Source of the DNA: Macrostomum lignano
Lineage: Eukaryota
Direction: 5' to 3'
Assembly (NCBI GenBank): GCA_002269645.1
Contig: NIVC01000158.1
Span: forward strand, 310,001 to 374,000
DNA length: 64,000 nt
Shown here: positions 53,540-64,000 of the stretch, piece after piece
Layout of the letters: the number at the start of each line of letters is the position of its first letter
How positions within the stretch are numbered: position 1 is the first letter of the stretch
Translations under genes and position numbers: made by a program
The notes under the pieces: generated by a model
Database searches by the model: none
What the model was told of the DNA's origin: nothing
What the model saw: only the letters and a program-made list of their open reading frames with translations

Positions 53540-54665
53540 ACCCTTCCCCTCCTCCTCCTCCTCCCCTTCCCCTCCTCCCCCTCCCCTTCCCCTCCTCCTC
53601 CTCCTCCCCTTCCCCTCCTCCTCCTCCTCCCCTTCCCTCCTCCTCCTCCCCTTTCCCTCCTCCTCCTCCCCTTCCCCTCCTCCTCCTCCCCTTCCCCTCC
53701 TCCTCCTCCTCCCCTTCCCCTCCTCCTCCTCCCCTTTCCCTCCTCCTCCTCCCCTTCCCCTCCTCCTCCTCCCCTTCCCCTCCTCCTCCTCCTCCCCTTC
53801 CCCTCCTCCTCCCCTTCCCCTCCTCCTCCTCCTCCCCTTCCCCTCCTCCTCCCCTTCCCCTCCTCCTCCTCCTCCCCTTCCCCTCCTCCTCCCCTTCCCC
53901 TCCTCCTCCTCCTCCCCTTCCCCTCCTCCTCCTCCTCCCCTTCCCCTCCTCCTCCTCCTCCCCTTCCCCTCCTCCTCCTCCCCTTCCCCTCCTCCTCCTC
54001 CCCTTCCCCTCCTCCTCCTCCTCCTCCCCTTCCCCTCCTCCTCCTCCTCCCCTTCCCCTCCTCCTCCTCCTCCCCTTCCCCTCCTCCTCCCCTTCCCCTC
54101 CTCCTCCTCCTCCCCTTCCCCTCCTCCTCCTCCTCCCCTTCCCCTCCTCCTCCTCCTCCCCTTCCCCTCCTCCTCCTCCTCCCCTTCCCCTCCTCCTCCT
54201 CCTCCCCTTCCCCTCCTCCTCCTCCTCCCCTTCCCCTCCTCCTCCTCCTCCCCTTCCCCTCCTCCTCCTCCTCCCCTTCCCCTCCTCCTCCTCCCCTTCC
54301 CCTCCTCCTCCTCCTCCCCTTCCCCTCCTCCTCCCCTTCCCCTCCTCCTCCTCCTCCCCTTCCCCTCCTCCTCCTCCCCTTCCCCTCCTCCTCCTCCTCC
54401 CCTTCCCCTCCTTCTCCTCCTCCCCTTCCCCTCCTCCTCCTCCTCCCTTCCCCTCCTCCTCCCCTTCCCCTCCTCCTCCTCCTCCCCTTCCCCTCCTCCT
54501 CCTCCTCCCCTTCCCCTCCTCCTCCTCCTCCCCTTCCCCTCCTCCTCCCCTTCCCCTCCTCCCCCTCCTCCCCTTCCCCTCCTCCTCCTCCTCTTCCCCT
54601 TCCTCTTCTTCCCCTCTTCCTCCCCCTCTTCCTCCCCCTTTTCCTCCCCCTCTTCCCCCCTCTTC
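53540..54665. repeat. 1.1-kb polypyrimidine/polypurine tract ((CCT)n CCCCTT)
   Basis: Plus strand is almost entirely C/T. Confidence 0.97.
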
Positions 54666-55764
54666 CTCACCCTCTTCATCCCCTGTCTCTCAGTTTTACT
54701 CATTCTCATTATATTTTGTTTAATCTCTTATTCAGTTATTCGCAGATTATGAACTGGTGATAATAAGAGTAATTTATAGGATTTATCGCAGTTATTCAAT
54801 CAACTTCATTAGTCAAGTTTCCAATTAAAGTAGAGCCAGTTTGTTTAAAATCTGTCAGTTTCAAAGCATACGCACCACCTGCTTCAAGGCCGCCCTTGCG
54901 GTTTATTATTTCGTTTTCGAAATTGGCTGTTCTGTTTATTTTCTGCCAGCATTGTTTTACAAATCTTCCGTGTTTTAACAAAAAGCGTATTATTCTACTG
55001 TACTGTCCGAGTAGCGAGTAGAGTTTACGACATGTTGTTTTTGCTTTTAGTTTAAAAAATGCTTATTAATCAAAATGCCTCGTGCCCGCATCCTGTTTGA
55101 TTGTAAGCTGCATTATTTTTGTTTTGTGTTTTCTTCTTTATTCTGTCCGCCAGTTTTTCTTCTGCTTGCAGTTAGCAGCGATTGTGGCTCTTGTTTTGTT
55201 TTTATGCACTGAGTTCTACCGTGGCAATAAAGTTGCTAGTCTGTGCGCAATGCCGCACTGTCTGTGGTTGCGTCCTTGTCATCGTTTACCAGTTAAGAGA
55301 AAAGCAAAACTACTTGACTTCTGACTGTCAGCGCTAATTTTCTTAGAATCCTTTGATTCCAAAATCCCAACCGGACATAGGAAACTGCTCTCCTTCAAGT
55401 TCTATTAATTTTTTTAATCCCCAGAGCTAAATACCAATGAATCGAGTTCCATGGTCGGTCACGTGACGCCCTCCAAAGCCGTTGCCGTGTCAGCTCTCTT
55501 CGATTTGCTACTCACAGTCTGGCGTCACTGTGCCATGCTAAAAAGGAAATTTTACAAGGGATCGCGTGCAAAAATTAGAAAAAAAGAAGTCGAGGTGGTG
55601 GGTGCATTCAGGTAGGATGTGACGTCACTCAGGGAGTCTGGTAGATAAGGGTACGGTTTGAGAACAATGGAAGAATATATAACCAAAAGATAGAGAAAAT
55701 TAGCGAGAACAAAAAACAGAAAGGGAAAACTAGATTGCGGAAGACAAAACAACCGCGTGCATAT

Positions 55765-56250
55765 GGGCTGGGTGTGCAAGAGTGAGCAAATGGAGTGGGG
55801 TGGGTGTGCAAGAGTGAGGAAACGGAGTGGGGTGGGTGTGCAAGAGTGAGGAAACGGAGTGGGGTAGGTGTGCAAAAGTGAGGAAACGGAGTGGGGTGGG
55901 TGTGCAAGAGTGAGGACATGGAGTGGGGTGGCTGTGCAAGAGTGAGGAAACGGAGTGGGGTAGGTGTGCAAGAGTGAGGAAATTGAGTGGGGTGGGTGTG
56001 CAAGAGTGAGGAAACGGAGTGGGGTGGGTGTGCAAGAGTGAGGAAACGGAGTGGGGTGGGTGTACAAGAGTGAGGAAACAGAGTGGGGTGGGTGTGCAAG
56101 AGTGAGGACATGGAGTGGGGTGGCTGTGCAAGAGTGAGGAAACGGAGTGGGGTAGGTGTGCAAGAGTGAGGAAATTGAGTGGGGTGGGTGTGCAAGAGTG
56201 AGGAAACGGAGTGGGGTGGGTGTGCAAGAGTGAGGAAACGGAGTGGGGTT
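55765..56250. repeat. 32-bp minisatellite (GTGCAAGAGTGAGGAAACGGAGTGGGGTGGGT)
   Basis: About 15 copies. Confidence 0.95.
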
Positions 56251-56814
56251 GAGGCTCTCGCGGGCACCCAGAGAGTCTATAGGAATTTTTCAAATAGAAA
56301 ATCCAAGCAGGCCTAGACATTTTTATGACTTAAAGCCCCAATAAAAGCTGCTTAAAATATTTCATTTTAGTTCATAAAAGTCGGTACTCGAGGTGGCTGC
56401 TGAAAAGTGTTGCAAATGCAACTGTGGTTAGCAGTCATGCCCATTGCGCTGACCCTTGAGTGCTCTCACCGCACGACTCCCCAAGATAATTTCTGTGGAA
56501 GACAACTCGCTGCCAGATGAAGCATATCTGAGACGATTGCATCTGAAGTGGCTCCCAGCAGCAGTCTCTCCTCCGTTGGTTTGGACGCGCAGTACTTTTT
56601 TCGTGTGTAATTATTAACTTGCTGTCTGGATTGGAACAGGCATTTTTTCTCTGCTGGCCCCTCATTTGCTGCAAGGCTGGGAGCCAATGGCAGATTCTAA
56701 TGGCTCACCGGGCAATACAAAGTGTCTGGCCATTGCAATCGCTCTATATCTAATCATCTTATTTCCCGAATCCGTCATTGAAAACTCAGCACCTCAGAGA
56801 CACAACGCTCAGCC

Positions 56815-63791
<6,977 letters not shown>

Positions 63792-64000
63792 GTAATGCAC
63801 TGATCATCGCTAGGTTTAGTTTATGTGCCGGAGGATCTCGCCACACCCTCCAATATTGCTCAATTGAAACCCCCAAGCCGTACAACTCTAGTATAAATTT
63901 CCGTTAAAAACTACGGCATTCGTCATCTCTCTGCGATTGAGAGATTCTGCTTAGTTCTCATATAGATCAATGTATCATGACCTTCATTCTCTCCTTGCTG

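Noticed and set aside
53430-54752. Pro-rich and Arg/Gly/Glu-rich ORFs on both strands
   Set aside because: Products of a pure polypyrimidine tract.
54796-54981. 61-aa minus-strand ORF with protein-like composition
   Set aside because: No ATG, no recognisable motif and no convincing splice context.

Overview
Eukaryotic (animal) genomic DNA: GC-rich spliced exons in AT-rich introns, with roughly a quarter of the window in tandem repeats. The style (GATA tracts, a private minisatellite in many introns) suggests a flatworm such as Macrostomum; this is inference only. Genes assembled by hand from GT-AG exons: SLC17-type MFS transporter (5' part, -), ephexin-type DH-PH-SH3 RhoGEF (+), atypical Cys-loop ion channel subunit (-), NFAT5-like factor (-), COX7C (+), small secreted 10-Cys protein (-), espin-like protein (-), SCAMP (+), SLC5 transporter (+, runs off the window). 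Mobile DNA: a 5'-truncated Penelope-like retroelement inside (GATA)n, with an unusual GIY-YIG-then-thumb-tail order and a minimal hammerhead ribozyme; an intact IS630/Tc1-type transposon with 153-bp TIRs, TA TSD and DD30E triad; a mariner remnant; two tRNA-derived SINE families (one CORE-like); several MITEs. Most long ORFs in the track are repeat artefacts. No CRISPR, rRNA or true tRNA gene was seen. All homology calls come from recognising motifs by eye; no search was run.
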